64,000 bases of DNA from an uncultured Chloroflexia bacterium. GTDB lineage: Bacteria > Chloroflexota > Limnocylindria > Limnocylindrales > CSP1-4. The notes under the pieces are model-generated. The model saw only the letters and a list, made by a program, of their open reading frames with translations, was not told the origin of the DNA and did no database searches. The translations under genes and the position numbers were made by a program. Below are positions 1 through 9,598 of the stretch, in pieces. Positions within the stretch are counted from its first letter, which is position 1. Each line of letters opens with the position of its first letter. Location: positions 1,856,001-1,920,000 of the forward strand of contig OY970218.1 in the NCBI GenBank assembly GCA_963713975.1, read 5' to 3'.

Positions 1-445
1 GGCGAGCGCCAACATCGAGCAGATCGCTGTCATCTGCCGGGATCGACCACGGGACGTGGCCGTGCTCTCGGGCGACGACGCCGCGACGCTGGCCGTCCTG
101 GCGATGGGCGGCGACGGCGTCATCTCCGTGGCGGGTAACCAGGTGCCGGGCGAGGTTGCGGCGATGGTCGCGGCCGCGCTCGCCGGCCGCTGGAAGGAGG
201 CACGGACGCTCCACGAGCGCTACCTGCAGCTGTTCCGAGCCAACTTCCAGGGTGCCCCGAACCCCGTGCCCGCGAAGGCGGCGATGCTGGCGATGGGCCT
301 GCTCGAGGACGACACGCTGCGCGCTCCACTGCTGCCCCTTGCGCCGCCGCCGCGGGAGTGCCTCACGGCTCTCCTGCGGGGGCTTGGGCTCGTCGACGGC
401 GGCGGGCGCGAGCCGGTCGCGGCCCAGGCAGAGGCGGCCGCATGA
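1..445 (+). CDS. dapA: 4-hydroxy-tetrahydrodipicolinate synthase, 5'-truncated by window edge
   Basis: Open frame from base 2: ASANIEQI..VLSGDD..GGDGVISVAGN..NPVPAKAAM..LRAPL, the DHDPS C-terminal motifs; ATGA overlap with dapD. Confidence 0.9.
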   Translation, partial: ASANIEQIAVICRDRPRDVAVLSGDDAATLAVLAMGGDGVISVAGNQVPGEVAAMVAAALAGRWKEARTLHERYLQLFRANFQGAPNPVPAKAAMLAMGLLEDDTLRAPLLPLAPPPRECLTALLRGLGLVDGGGREPVAAQAEAAA

Positions 446-1224
446 GCGAGGACGCGACCGCGGCCGCCCCGATCCTGGGCGACCTCGACGCGGGGCAACG
501 CCGGGCGGCCGTCCCGGATCCCGACGTGCCGGGCGGCTGGAGGACCGACCCGGAGGTCAAAGCCGAGATCCTGGCCTGCTTCCGGGACCGTGAGACGGCC
601 ACCTGGGACCTGGGCGGCGTGCTGCGGTTTCGGGACCGCGTCGGGCTCCCCGTCAAGGACCTGACCGAAGGCCCGTGGCGCATTGTCCCCGGCGGGACCT
701 CTGTTCGGGCCGGCGTCTACCTGGGCCCGGGCGTCGTGGTCATGCCGCCGTCGTTCGTCAACGTCGGTGCGTGGATCGGCGAGGACACCATGGTGGACTC
801 GCACGTGCTCGTGGGTTCGTGCGCCCAGATCGGTGCCAGGGTCCACCTCTCTGCGGGCGTCACCATCGGTGGGGTCCTGGAGCCGGCCGGCGCGCGCCCC
901 GTGATCGTGGAGGACGATGCGTTCGTGGGCGCCGGCAGCTCGCTCCTCGAAGGCGTGCTGGTGGGCGGGGGAGCCGTCATCGGGGCGGGCGTGTTCCTGA
1001 CCGGAACCTCGCGCCTGTACGACCTGGTTCGCGGACGCGTGCTGACGGGCACGCCCGGGGAACCCCTCGCCGTTCCGCCGGGTGCCGTGGTGGTTCCCGG
1101 GTCGCGTACCCTCGGCGGGGAGTTTGCCGCGGCCAACGGCCTGGCCGTCTCCGTGGCGCTCCTGGTCAAGGACCGCGACGCCGGGACGGACGCCCGGGTC
1201 GCCCTGGAGGATGCGCTGCGATGA
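442..1224 (+). CDS. dapD: Tetrahydrodipicolinate N-succinyltransferase
   Basis: RIVPGGTSVRAG, MPPSFVNVGA, DSHVLVGSCAQIG, GGVLEP hexapeptide-repeat signatures; ATGA coupling at both ends. Confidence 0.92.
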   Translation: MSEDATAAAPILGDLDAGQRRAAVPDPDVPGGWRTDPEVKAEILACFRDRETATWDLGGVLRFRDRVGLPVKDLTEGPWRIVPGGTSVRAGVYLGPGVVVMPPSFVNVGAWIGEDTMVDSHVLVGSCAQIGARVHLSAGVTIGGVLEPAGARPVIVEDDAFVGAGSSLLEGVLVGGGAVIGAGVFLTGTSRLYDLVRGRVLTGTPGEPLAVPPGAVVVPGSRTLGGEFAAANGLAVSVALLVKDRDAGTDARVALEDALR

Positions 1225-2534
1225 ACCAGGTCCTGCGCGACGGACGGCTCGGCGGGCACGACCCGTTCGAGCTTGCCGGCCGCTTCGGGACGCCGTTCTA
1301 TGCCTACGATCTCGACGTCGTCACGGGCAAGGCCGACGCCCTCCGCGCGATCCTGCCCGGGACCTTCGATCTCGCCTACGCGGCCAAGGCCAATCCCAAC
1401 CTCGCCGTCCTGCGCCATCTCCAGGGGCTTGGCCTCGGAGCCGACGTCGCGTCCGGCGGCGAGTTGCGCCACGTCCTGCGAGCCGGGTTCGCTCCGGATC
1501 GGGTCGTGTTCACCGGACCCGGCAAGCGCGACGAGGAGCTCGAGGCGGCCGTCCGGACGGGCGTCGGGATCATCACGGTGGAGTCGCGCGGGGAGCTGCG
1601 GCGGCTCATGGCCATCGCCGAATCGCTAGGCCGCCGCCAACCGATCCTGCTGCGGGCCGCCCTGTCCGAGCCCGCCGCAACCGAGCGCGCCGGGCTCGGG
1701 CGGGCGAGCGCCCCCGGCGTGGGCATCACGGGCAAGTTCGGGATGGACGCGGAGGATCTCGTCGGGGCCGCTGCAGAGGCGGTCGCGTCGCCCTGGCTGG
1801 AGCCGCTGGGCATCCACGCGTTCGGCGCGTCCAACGTGACCGACGCGGCGGCCCTGGCGAAGCACGTGGAATCCACCGTCGAGACCGCGATCGCCGTCGC
1901 GGAGACGGCAGGTTTCGAGCTGCGCCTTGTCGATGTGGGCGGGGGACTTGGGATCCCCTACGCGGACGGCGACCCGGAGCTCGATCTCCGGTCGCTGGGC
2001 GTGTGCCTCGCCCGCCTCGCCGACCGGCTGGCGGCCTCTCCAGCCACGCGCTCCGTGCGTGTGCTGTTCGAACCGGGACGGTTCCTCGTCGGCGCATCAG
2101 GGGTGTTCGTCGCCCGGGTCGTCGATCGCAAGATGATCGATGGCCACCCGGTCGCGATCCTGGACGGCGGCATCAACCACGTGCTTCGCCCGGTCCTGGT
2201 CGGCCGGGAGCAGCGCGTTGTCATGCTCACGGGGGCCGGCTCAGAGGCGGCACCCGGCTCGGTATCGGCATCCCCGGTCATGATCGCGGGCCCTCTGTGC
2301 ACCGGGCTTGACGTGTTCGCCCAGGCCGCCGCCATCGTCCCGCCCGATCCCGGCGACCTCGTCGCGGTCCTCGATGTCGGGGCCTACGGAGCAAGCGAAT
2401 CGATGCCGTTCTTCCTCTCCCACCCGCTGCCGCCCGAGATCGTGCTCCAGGGCGGCGAGGCCTGGGTGGCGCGCCGGCGGATCGATCCGGACACGTGGCT
2501 CGAGTGGCAGGAGGGCGAGCCACCCGGGGCATAA
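1221..2534 (+). CDS. lysA: Fold-type III PLP decarboxylase, probable diaminopimelate decarboxylase
   Basis: GTPFYAYD, YAAKAN (PLP Lys), GPGK, KFG, DVGGG, EPGR, GPLC, GAYG; translationally coupled to dapD. Confidence 0.8.
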   Translation: MNQVLRDGRLGGHDPFELAGRFGTPFYAYDLDVVTGKADALRAILPGTFDLAYAAKANPNLAVLRHLQGLGLGADVASGGELRHVLRAGFAPDRVVFTGPGKRDEELEAAVRTGVGIITVESRGELRRLMAIAESLGRRQPILLRAALSEPAATERAGLGRASAPGVGITGKFGMDAEDLVGAAAEAVASPWLEPLGIHAFGASNVTDAAALAKHVESTVETAIAVAETAGFELRLVDVGGGLGIPYADGDPELDLRSLGVCLARLADRLAASPATRSVRVLFEPGRFLVGASGVFVARVVDRKMIDGHPVAILDGGINHVLRPVLVGREQRVVMLTGAGSEAAPGSVSASPVMIAGPLCTGLDVFAQAAAIVPPDPGDLVAVLDVGAYGASESMPFFLSHPLPPEIVLQGGEAWVARRRIDPDTWLEWQEGEPPGA

Positions 2535-2617
2535 TCACCCGAGGGGCCGGGGCACCCCCGATGGTGGCTCGACCCGGACCGCCCGGTCCTCCCGGGAGCA
2601 CTGAAGGGCGAGGGTTG

Positions 2618-3556
2618 ATGGGGCGCCGCTACGCGATGCGACTGCGCAGGCCGCGGTTCCGTGGCCTCCGGACGCCCGTGGACCTGCCCGAGCACAGCGT
2701 GCGTCGACTGGTGCTCCTCGGGGTCGCGGCGGCCGTGCTCCTGGTCCCGATCTGGGCCTGGACGACCCAGACGGCCCTGGGCCAGCGGGTCGGCGACCTG
2801 ATCCTGTTCGGGCGACTCTATGCCGATCCGGAGGCGGTGGGCCTCGCGGGCGGGGCGCTGGCATCGGTCAGCCTCCCCGCGGCGGCCCTGGCGACCATCG
2901 GGCTCGCCGCCCTGGGGCTCGTCCGTGGTGGCTTCGGGCTCGCGGTCGCCGTCGCGATCGTCATCGTGGGGCCCAACCTCACGTCGCAGGTCCTCGATGG
3001 CCTGCTCGAGCGGCCCAACCTCCTCGGGACCGCGGCCTACGCGACCGGCAACAGCTTCCCCAGCGGGCACGTCACGCTTGCGGCCTCCCTCGGCCTGGCC
3101 TGCGTCCTGGTGGTTCCACGCCGCCTGCGGACCCCACTAGCCCTCCTCGCCGCTGCGCTGGTGGCGGCGGTCGGCGTGAGCACCGTCACCGCCGGCTGGC
3201 ATCGCCTGGGCGACGTCGTGGGGGCGATCCTCATTGCCCTTGCCTGGGCGTGCATCGTCACCGCGGTCCTCGTTCGTGTCCAGGGATGGATGCCGCGCAG
3301 GTCGTGGGGACGCGGGCGGGGTGGCGGCGTCGTGACGGTGGCGTGGCTGCTGGGCGGTGCGGCGGTGTTGGCCGGGATCGCCGGGATGACCCTGTCCGCC
3401 ATCGACCCCGCCCCGATCGGCGATGCCATCGCCGCGAGCGCAACCGAGCCCCGCAGGTTGTTCGACGCCATCGTCGTCTCGCTCGGATCCGCGCTGATCG
3501 CCTGTTTCGCGTATGTCTGGGGCATGCGGGGGGTTGCGCTCGAGAGCCCGCGCTGA
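2618..3556 (+). CDS. PAP2-family membrane phosphatase
   Basis: RP, SFPSGH and GWHRLGDVVGA motifs; multiple TM segments; start uncertain. Confidence 0.8.
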   Translation: MGRRYAMRLRRPRFRGLRTPVDLPEHSVRRLVLLGVAAAVLLVPIWAWTTQTALGQRVGDLILFGRLYADPEAVGLAGGALASVSLPAAALATIGLAALGLVRGGFGLAVAVAIVIVGPNLTSQVLDGLLERPNLLGTAAYATGNSFPSGHVTLAASLGLACVLVVPRRLRTPLALLAAALVAAVGVSTVTAGWHRLGDVVGAILIALAWACIVTAVLVRVQGWMPRRSWGRGRGGGVVTVAWLLGGAAVLAGIAGMTLSAIDPAPIGDAIAASATEPRRLFDAIVVSLGSALIACFAYVWGMRGVALESPR

Positions 3557-3566
3557 GACCGGCAGG

Positions 3567-3606
3567 TTGCCTGGTGGCGCCGTGCTGGTATACTCCCCCC
3601 TAGTAT
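3567..3606 (+). promoter_or_regulatory. copA promoter with overlapping CsoR/RcnR-type operator
   Basis: TTGCCT(3567)-N16-TATACT(3589) with extended TG; inverted repeat ATACT-CCCCCC-T-AGTAT at 3590-3606. Confidence 0.7.
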
Positions 3607-6292
3607 GACGTCCCTACCCGATGCGCCCCAACCCATCGAGATCATCCTGCCCATCGAGGGCATGACCTGCGCGTCGTGCGTCAACCGCATCGAGCGCTTC
3701 CTCAAGAAGACGCCGGGGGTCGCGGACGCCGCGGTGAACCTGGCGACCGAGAAGGCGACGATCACGGTCGATCCGGCGCTCGCCGGTCGCGACGAGCTGG
3801 TGAAGGCCGTGGAGTCCGCCGGCTACGAGGTCAAGGCGGAGGCCGTCCCTGTCGAGGGTGCCGTCGCAGCCTCCCTCGGGGACGAGATCACGGCCGAGGA
3901 CATCGAGCGCGAGCGAGCCCAGCGCCAGACGCTCCTCCAGGCCCTGGTCGCCATCGGGGCGTCGCTGCTGTTCATGGTCCTGATGTTCACGCCCCAGACC
4001 CTGGTGGCGATGACGGACCTCAACAAGCTGATCCTGTGGCCCGCGACCTTCATCCAGTTCTGGGCGGGCGGCCGCTTCTACCGGGCGGCATGGCGGGCCG
4101 GTCGCCATGGCGGTGCCACGATGGACACCCTGGTCGCCGTCGGCACGAGCGCCGCCTGGGGCTACTCCGTGTTCGTGACGATGTGGCCAGGGGTGATCCA
4201 CCAGGCCGGCCTGCACCCGGAGACGTACTTCGACTCGGCGTCGATCATCCTGGGGCTGATCCTGCTGGGCAAGTGGCTGGAGACGCGTGCCAAGGGCCGT
4301 ACGACCGGGGCGATCCGGCGGCTCGTCGGGCTGCAGGCGACGACCGCGCGCCGGATCCGCGACGGGGTGGACGAGGACGTGGAGCTCGCCCTGGTCATGG
4401 TGGGCGACCTGCTCCGCGTGCGCCCCGGCGACAAGGTCCCGGTCGACGGCGTGGTCGTCGATGGCATGTCCGCCGTGGACGAGTCGATGCTCACCGGCGA
4501 GCCGATCCCTGCCACGAAGTCCACGGGCGACGAGGTGATCGGCGCCACCCTCAACACGACCGGCTCGTTCGTGATGCGGGCGACGCGCGTCGGCCGGGAC
4601 ACGGCTCTCGCGCGGATCGTGGAGCTGGTCCAGCGGGCCCAGGGGTCGAAGGCCCCGATCCAGCGCCTCGCGGACCAGATCAGCGCCGTGTTCGTGCCGG
4701 TCGTCCTCATCATCGCGGCCGCGACATTCGCCATCTGGTTCGTGTTCGGGCCGGAGCCCCGCTTCACCCTGGCGCTCACGGCCTTCATCGGCGTCGTGAT
4801 CATCGCCTGCCCGTGCGCGATGGGCCTGGCCACCCCGACGGCCATCATGGTCGGGACGGGCAAGGGGGCCGAGGCCGGGATCCTGGTCCGTGGCGGCGAG
4901 GCGCTCGAGGCCGCGGGCCGGATCGACACGGTCGTGCTCGACAAGACCGGCACCCTCACCCTCGGGCGGCCCGCAGTCACGGCGATCATCGCGGCGGCGG
5001 GCTTCGACGAGGCACGGGTCCTGGACATGGCTGCCGCGCTGGAGACCGGCTCGGAGCATCCGCTGGGCGAGGCGATCGTGCGCAAGGCGCGCGAGGCGGA
5101 GCTCGGCTTCGGCAAGGTCGACGGGTTCGAGGCGGTCGTGGGCCGCGGCGTGCGTGGGTCCATCGACGGCGCAGACATCATCGTGGGTAGCCGCCGCATG
5201 CTGGAGGAGCTAGGCGTTGACCTCGCCGCGCTCCTTGACCCCGCGGACGGGATCGCTGCCGACGGTGGGACCGTGGTCTTCGTCGCGATTGACGGCCTGG
5301 TGGCCGGCATGGTCGCCATCACGGACCCGGTCAAGGCCGAATCCGCGGAGGCAGTGCGTGACCTGCGGGCATCGGGCCTCGATGTCTGGCTGCTGACCGG
5401 CGACGCGCGCGCGACCGCCGAGGCCGTCGCCCGCCAGGTCGGCATCGCGCTTGACCATGTCATCGCCGAGGTCCTGCCGGGCGACAAGGACGCCACCGTC
5501 GAGCGCCTCCAGGCCGAGGGACATCGGGTGGCCATGGTGGGCGACGGCATCAACGACGCGCCGGCGCTCGCCCGGGCGGACCTGGGGGTCGCGATCGGAA
5601 CCGGCGCGGACGTTGCGATCGAGGCGTCCGACATCACGCTCGTGGGCGGTGACCCGCGGCTCGTCGGCTCGGCCATCGCGCTGTCCCAGGCCACGATCCG
5701 GGTGATCCGGCAGAACCTGTTCTGGGCGTTCGCCTACAACGTGCTCCTGATTCCTATCGCGATGGGGGTGCTGTACCCGGCATTCGGCGTCACGATCAAT
5801 CCCGCCCTGGCCGCGGCAGCGATGGCGCTGTCCTCGGTGAGCGTGGTCACCAACTCGCTCCGGCTGCGCGGCGTCGATGTCCGACCGGGCCATGTCACCC
5901 AGCTCCGGCGCGGTCCCTTGGGGTTCGCCAGGGACGCGACGTTCCTGCTGATCATCGCCGTTATCGGCCTGGCGCTGGCCGGCGGCGTGCTGGCGGCGGA
6001 CCGGGCCGTGAACTCGAGCCTTCCCAAGGTCGTGGTTGTGGCGGGCGCCGATGGCACCAGCCCGGCCGACCTGACGGTTCGTGCGGGCGAGTGGACGCTC
6101 GTCCAGTTCGTCAACGAGGACAGCGTGGTGCGGGAGTGGATGATCGACGGGGTGCCGAACCTGGACGTTGTGGCCCGGCCCGGGCAGACCGCGGACCTGC
6201 GCTTCGTCCTGGACAGGCCCGGGACCTTCATGATCATGAGCGGCCCTGCCGGAGAGGGCGAGATGGCCGGTACCCTGGTCGTCACGCCATGA
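3605..6292 (+). CDS. copA: Cu(I)-translocating P1B-type ATPase with extra C-terminal TM helix and cupredoxin-like domain
   Basis: GMTCASC HMA domain, [27 protein letters not shown] and MALSS motifs. Confidence 0.95.
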   Translation: MTSLPDAPQPIEIILPIEGMTCASCVNRIERFLKKTPGVADAAVNLATEKATITVDPALAGRDELVKAVESAGYEVKAEAVPVEGAVAASLGDEITAEDIERERAQRQTLLQALVAIGASLLFMVLMFTPQTLVAMTDLNKLILWPATFIQFWAGGRFYRAAWRAGRHGGATMDTLVAVGTSAAWGYSVFVTMWPGVIHQAGLHPETYFDSASIILGLILLGKWLETRAKGRTTGAIRRLVGLQATTARRIRDGVDEDVELALVMVGDLLRVRPGDKVPVDGVVVDGMSAVDESMLTGEPIPATKSTGDEVIGATLNTTGSFVMRATRVGRDTALARIVELVQRAQGSKAPIQRLADQISAVFVPVVLIIAAATFAIWFVFGPEPRFTLALTAFIGVVIIACPCAMGLATPTAIMVGTGKGAEAGILVRGGEALEAAGRIDTVVLDKTGTLTLGRPAVTAIIAAAGFDEARVLDMAAALETGSEHPLGEAIVRKAREAELGFGKVDGFEAVVGRGVRGSIDGADIIVGSRRMLEELGVDLAALLDPADGIAADGGTVVFVAIDGLVAGMVAITDPVKAESAEAVRDLRASGLDVWLLTGDARATAEAVARQVGIALDHVIAEVLPGDKDATVERLQAEGHRVAMVGDGINDAPALARADLGVAIGTGADVAIEASDITLVGGDPRLVGSAIALSQATIRVIRQNLFWAFAYNVLLIPIAMGVLYPAFGVTINPALAAAAMALSSVSVVTNSLRLRGVDVRPGHVTQLRRGPLGFARDATFLLIIAVIGLALAGGVLAADRAVNSSLPKVVVVAGADGTSPADLTVRAGEWTLVQFVNEDSVVREWMIDGVPNLDVVARPGQTADLRFVLDRPGTFMIMSGPAGEGEMAGTLVVTP

Positions 6293-6807
6293 CCGCACCC
6301 GGCCGACAGCCCCCCGTTCGCACTCGTGTCGAGGTCCCCGCGGACCCGCGGGACCTGCCGGGCGACTTCCCGCACCGGTTCGAGGTCACCATCAGGTTCG
6401 GCGACACGGACGCCATGGGCCACACCAACAACTCGCGCTTCCTGACCTTCTGCGAGTCGTCCCGGATCGACTACTGGGAGGCGGCAACCGGCGAGCCCTT
6501 TGCGCTCGTGACGCACGGGGCGGAGGAATCGCTGATCCTCGCCGAGATCCGGGTCACGTACCGCTCGCCGTCGTACTTCGGAGAGCTGCTCACCGTGGAG
6601 TCGCGCCTGGGCCGGCTGGGGAGCACCTCGTTCACGCTCGAGCACCGGGTCACGGCGTCGGAGTCGCTACGGGGTCGCGCGCGGCTCGTCGCCACGGCCG
6701 AGGACGTCCTGGTGCTGTACGACTACGCCACGGAGCGCCCCCGGGTCATGCCGGACGAGCTGGTCGCGCGCCTCGAGGCCTACGAGCGGCGGACACTCCG
6801 CGGCTGA
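6289..6807 (+). CDS. Acyl-CoA thioesterase (4HBT/YbgC hot-dog family)
   Basis: [17 protein letters not shown] motif; ATGA overlap with copA. Confidence 0.88.
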   Translation: MTAPGRQPPVRTRVEVPADPRDLPGDFPHRFEVTIRFGDTDAMGHTNNSRFLTFCESSRIDYWEAATGEPFALVTHGAEESLILAEIRVTYRSPSYFGELLTVESRLGRLGSTSFTLEHRVTASESLRGRARLVATAEDVLVLYDYATERPRVMPDELVARLEAYERRTLRG

Positions 6808-6972
6808 CACGCACCAGGTCTCGGCCGGTCCGGCCCGTGCGTCGCACCCACATCGACGACGGCAGGCGCGAGAATCCGTGCGTGGCATGCACGCCGAGGG
6901 TTCATGGACGTCCCAATGGCGTGGGCAACGCGGAGCGCCGGCCGTGCCACTTGGCCTGGTTAGGGCCGCCGG

Positions 6973-8238
6973 CTACGCCTCGAAGCGGCGGAAGATCGCG
7001 ACCGCGTTCTGGCCGCCGAAGCCGAACCCGTTGACCGCGACCGTGTCCACCTTCGCCTCTCGGGCGACGAGCGGCACGTAGTCGAGGTCGCACTCGGGAT
7101 CTGGCGTGTGGAGGTTCGCGGTGGGGGAGATGACCCCGTCGCGGATCCCGCCCAGCGCCGCCAGGGCGGAGGCGATGCCCGCCGCGCCCACCAGGTGTCC
7201 GATCATGGACTTGGGCGAGGAGACCGCGCGGGTGGCCGCCGCGGACCCGTAGGCCAGCTTGATCGCGCGGGTCTCGGTCGAGTCGTTGAGCGACGTGGAG
7301 GTCCCGTGCGCCACGATCCAGTCGACCTCGTCCGGTGCCACGCCCGCATTGCGCATGGCGTTGGTCATCGCCCGCGCCTGGCCGCGACCCGTGGGATCCG
7401 GCGCGGAGACGTGGAAGGCGTCGGCGGTCAGCGCGCCGCCCAGGATCTCCGCGATCGGCGTGGCGCCGCGGGCCAGCGCGTGCTCCGCCGACTCCACCAC
7501 CACGGCGCCCGCCCCCTCGCCCAGGACGAACCCGTCGCGGGTGGCGTCGAACGGCCGCGAGGCCGTCTCCGGGGAGTCGTTGCGCTTGGACAGGGCCGTC
7601 ATGTTCGACAGCGCGGCGATGCCCATCGGCCAGATGGGCGCCTCCGAGCCGCCGGTCAGGACGACATCGCATTCACCGGTCTGGATCAGCCGGAGTGCGT
7701 CGTGGAAGGCGATGACGGACGACGCGCACGCGGCGACCTGGGCGTGGACCGGCCCCGTGAGGCCGAACGTCATCGACAGCATGCAGGCCGCCATCGACGG
7801 CGACAGCGCCGGAACCGCGAACGCGGACACGAAGCGCGGGCCTTTGGAGTCGTGGACGTGGGTGCCATCGATGATCGACTCGATACCGCCACCGCCCGTG
7901 TTGATCACGACGCCGACACGGTCGCGCTCCTCGGGGGTCATAGCGGCGAAGTCGATCCTCGAGGCCGCCACCGCCTCCCGGCCCGCCCCCATGGCGAGGT
8001 GGATGTAGCGGGTCATCCGGCGGGCCATCTTGGGGTCCATCACCGTGCCCGGGTCGAAATCCAGGACCTCGGCGGCCATGCGGACCTCGAACGCGCTTGC
8101 GTCGAAGCTCCGGATCAGCCGCGTGCCGGTGACCCCGTTCCGGAGGTTCGTCCAGTAGGTCTCGAAATCGTTGCCGATCGGCATGACCGCCCCGAGACCG
8201 GTGACAACGGCGCGGCGCGCTAGGTCGGACGAGGGCAC
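6973..8238 (-). CDS. fabF: Beta-ketoacyl-ACP synthase II, copy 2
   Basis: VVTGLG, AACASS (Cys), HGTST, KSMIGH, NGFGFGGQN. Confidence 0.93.
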   Translation of the reverse strand: MPSSDLARRAVVTGLGAVMPIGNDFETYWTNLRNGVTGTRLIRSFDASAFEVRMAAEVLDFDPGTVMDPKMARRMTRYIHLAMGAGREAVAASRIDFAAMTPEERDRVGVVINTGGGGIESIIDGTHVHDSKGPRFVSAFAVPALSPSMAACMLSMTFGLTGPVHAQVAACASSVIAFHDALRLIQTGECDVVLTGGSEAPIWPMGIAALSNMTALSKRNDSPETASRPFDATRDGFVLGEGAGAVVVESAEHALARGATPIAEILGGALTADAFHVSAPDPTGRGQARAMTNAMRNAGVAPDEVDWIVAHGTSTSLNDSTETRAIKLAYGSAAATRAVSSPKSMIGHLVGAAGIASALAALGGIRDGVISPTANLHTPDPECDLDYVPLVAREAKVDTVAVNGFGFGGQNAVAIFRRFEA

Positions 8239-8289
8239 AGTCAGGGCCTCAACCAGCGAGGGGATGGATGGCGGGGATTGTAGCGCCGC

Positions 8290-9564
8290 TCAGCGGCCGT
8301 CCCAGCGCTTGAAGATGATCGCGCCGTTGTGCCCGCCCAGGCCGATGTTGTTGGACATGGCGTAGCGCACCGGCATCCGGGCCGTCTCGTTCAGCACCCA
8401 GAGGTCCGCCTCCGGGTCGAACTCGCGGTAGTTGATCGTTCCGGGGACGGTCTGCTCGGCCAGGCTCATGACCGTCGAGAACGCCTCGAACGCACCGCCG
8501 GCGCCCATCATGTGGCCGGTCATCGACTTGGTGCCGCTGATGGCCAGCGACTGTCGCGTCGCGGCCGAACGATCCCCGAAGACCGTCCAGATCGCCTCGG
8601 CCTCACGCTTGTCGCCGACCGGCGTGGAGGTGCCGTGCGGGTTGATGACGTCGATCTCGTCCGCCGGGACACCGCGTCGCTGGAGCGCGGTGCGCATCGC
8701 CCGGGCAGACCCGGCGCCGAACTCGATGGGCTGGATCATGTCGAACCCGTCGGCCGCGGAGCCGTATCCGACGACCTCCGCGTAGATGCGGGCTCCGCGG
8801 GCCGTCGCCATCTCAAGGTCCTCGAGGATGAGCGCACCTGCCCCCTCGCCCAGGATGAAGCCGTTCCGCGAGCGATCGAACGGGCGGCTCGCGTCGGCCA
8901 TCGGCATGCCCTCGCGAGGCGTTCCGAGCCCGCGCATGTTGCCGAACCCGGCGTGGGCCACCTCGAGCAGCGGCATCTCCGCCGAGCCGGCGATCACCGT
9001 GTGGGCGTCGCCGCGGCGGATCAGCTCCGCACCCTCGCCGACGCAGTTGGTGCCGGTGGAGCACGCGGTCACGACGCACAGGTTGTGGCCGATGGCGCCG
9101 GTCTCGATAGCGATCATCCCGGACGTGGAGTCCACGAGCCCGTTGGCGATGAACGTGGGCGCGACCCGGTCCGGCCCCTTCTCCTGGAGGACCATCCAGT
9201 TGTCGAGCATCAGGGTCTGACCGCCGGCACCGGTGCCGAAGATCACCCCGACGTCCTCGCGGTTCTCGTCGGTGATCTCCAGCCCGGCGTCCGCGACCGC
9301 CTGCTTCGCGGCGGCGACGCCATACCACATGGCGGGCTCGCTGCGGCGGACGGCCTTGGGATCCATCCAGGCCTTGGGGTCGAAGTCGCGCACCTCGCCG
9401 GCCGTCTTGTTCGTGTAGCGACTGGGGTCGAACTTCGTGATCTCCCGCAGTCCTGACACCCCGTTGAGCAGGCTTGCCCAGGCGGTGTCCTTGTCGTTGC
9501 CCACGGGGCTGATGACGCCGAGGCCGGTGACGACGACGCGGCGGGTGTAATCGGGTTGGCGCAC
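8290..9564 (-). CDS. fabF: Beta-ketoacyl-ACP synthase II, copy 1
   Basis: RRVVVTGLG, TACSTG, HGTST, KSMTGH, GLGGHN; GTG start preceded by GAGAGGAA RBS. Confidence 0.93.
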   Translation of the reverse strand: MRQPDYTRRVVVTGLGVISPVGNDKDTAWASLLNGVSGLREITKFDPSRYTNKTAGEVRDFDPKAWMDPKAVRRSEPAMWYGVAAAKQAVADAGLEITDENREDVGVIFGTGAGGQTLMLDNWMVLQEKGPDRVAPTFIANGLVDSTSGMIAIETGAIGHNLCVVTACSTGTNCVGEGAELIRRGDAHTVIAGSAEMPLLEVAHAGFGNMRGLGTPREGMPMADASRPFDRSRNGFILGEGAGALILEDLEMATARGARIYAEVVGYGSAADGFDMIQPIEFGAGSARAMRTALQRRGVPADEIDVINPHGTSTPVGDKREAEAIWTVFGDRSAATRQSLAISGTKSMTGHMMGAGGAFEAFSTVMSLAEQTVPGTINYREFDPEADLWVLNETARMPVRYAMSNNIGLGGHNGAIIFKRWDGR

Positions 9565-9598
9565 GGGTTCCTCTCGAAGGTGGCGGCGGCAGCTGCCG

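Noticed and set aside
6808-6972. Possible sRNA between convergent thioesterase and fabF genes
   Set aside because: Only short GC hairpins (e.g. GCGTG-gcatg-CACGC); no promoter, U-tract or known motif.
6973-9564. Type II PKS KS/CLF pair
   Set aside because: Both ketosynthases retain catalytic Cys-His-His; no ACP, cyclase or tailoring genes adjacent.
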